Below are positions 45,477 to 45,477 of a DNA stretch of 45,477 bases, one piece after another. A program made the translations under genes and the position numbers. The DNA is taken from NCBI GenBank assembly GCA_012513795.1, contig JAAZBN010000214.1, forward strand, positions 1-45,477, given 5' to 3'. The stretch comes from Bacteroidales bacterium. Lineage in GTDB: Bacteria; Bacteroidota; Bacteroidia; Bacteroidales; VadinHA17. The first letter of the stretch is position 1. Every line of letters starts with the position of its first letter. Below the pieces are notes generated by a model. That model was not told the DNA's origin and did no database searches. It saw only the letters and a program-made list of their open reading frames with translations.

Positions 45477-45477
45477 A

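Overview
Mostly core and metabolic chromosome of an anaerobic, probably peptide-fermenting Bacteroidota (Bacteroidales-like) organism. The assignment is inferred from TAnnTTTG -7 promoter boxes, DUF3078, a GldF/GldG gene next to dnaN and the surE-lpxB arrangement. The window holds about 40 genes. These include a receiver/hybrid kinase/Rex/FAD-synthetase operon, secreted peptidases (two M14, one C69) and a HydE-like radical SAM enzyme. There is an apparent amino-acid fermentation cluster (ADP-forming acyl-CoA synthetase, Mpv17/PMP22-like membrane protein, aminotransferase, four-subunit 2-oxoacid:ferredoxin oxidoreductase). Also present are yicC-gmk-nadD, tryptophanase, pheT, futalosine-type menaquinone genes, lpxB, dnaN, purB, an MsbA-like ABC transporter, tRNA-Ser(TGA) and HU. 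I saw no transposase, integrase, prophage or CRISPR array. The most unusual signals are non-coding. (i) A 27-bp element occurs five times at two loci 32 kb apart: a 7-bp stem of variable but self-complementary sequence, a GNA triloop and a fixed (A/C)AGAATTGTA tail, with AAATCGC-type heptamer arrays next to both loci. (ii) A ~230-bp structure lies behind tRNA-Ser, with a degenerate palindrome-interrupted copy of the tRNA 3' end, a perfect 16-bp inverted repeat and two mirror-image terminators. All product calls come from motif recognition by eye; no database search was run.
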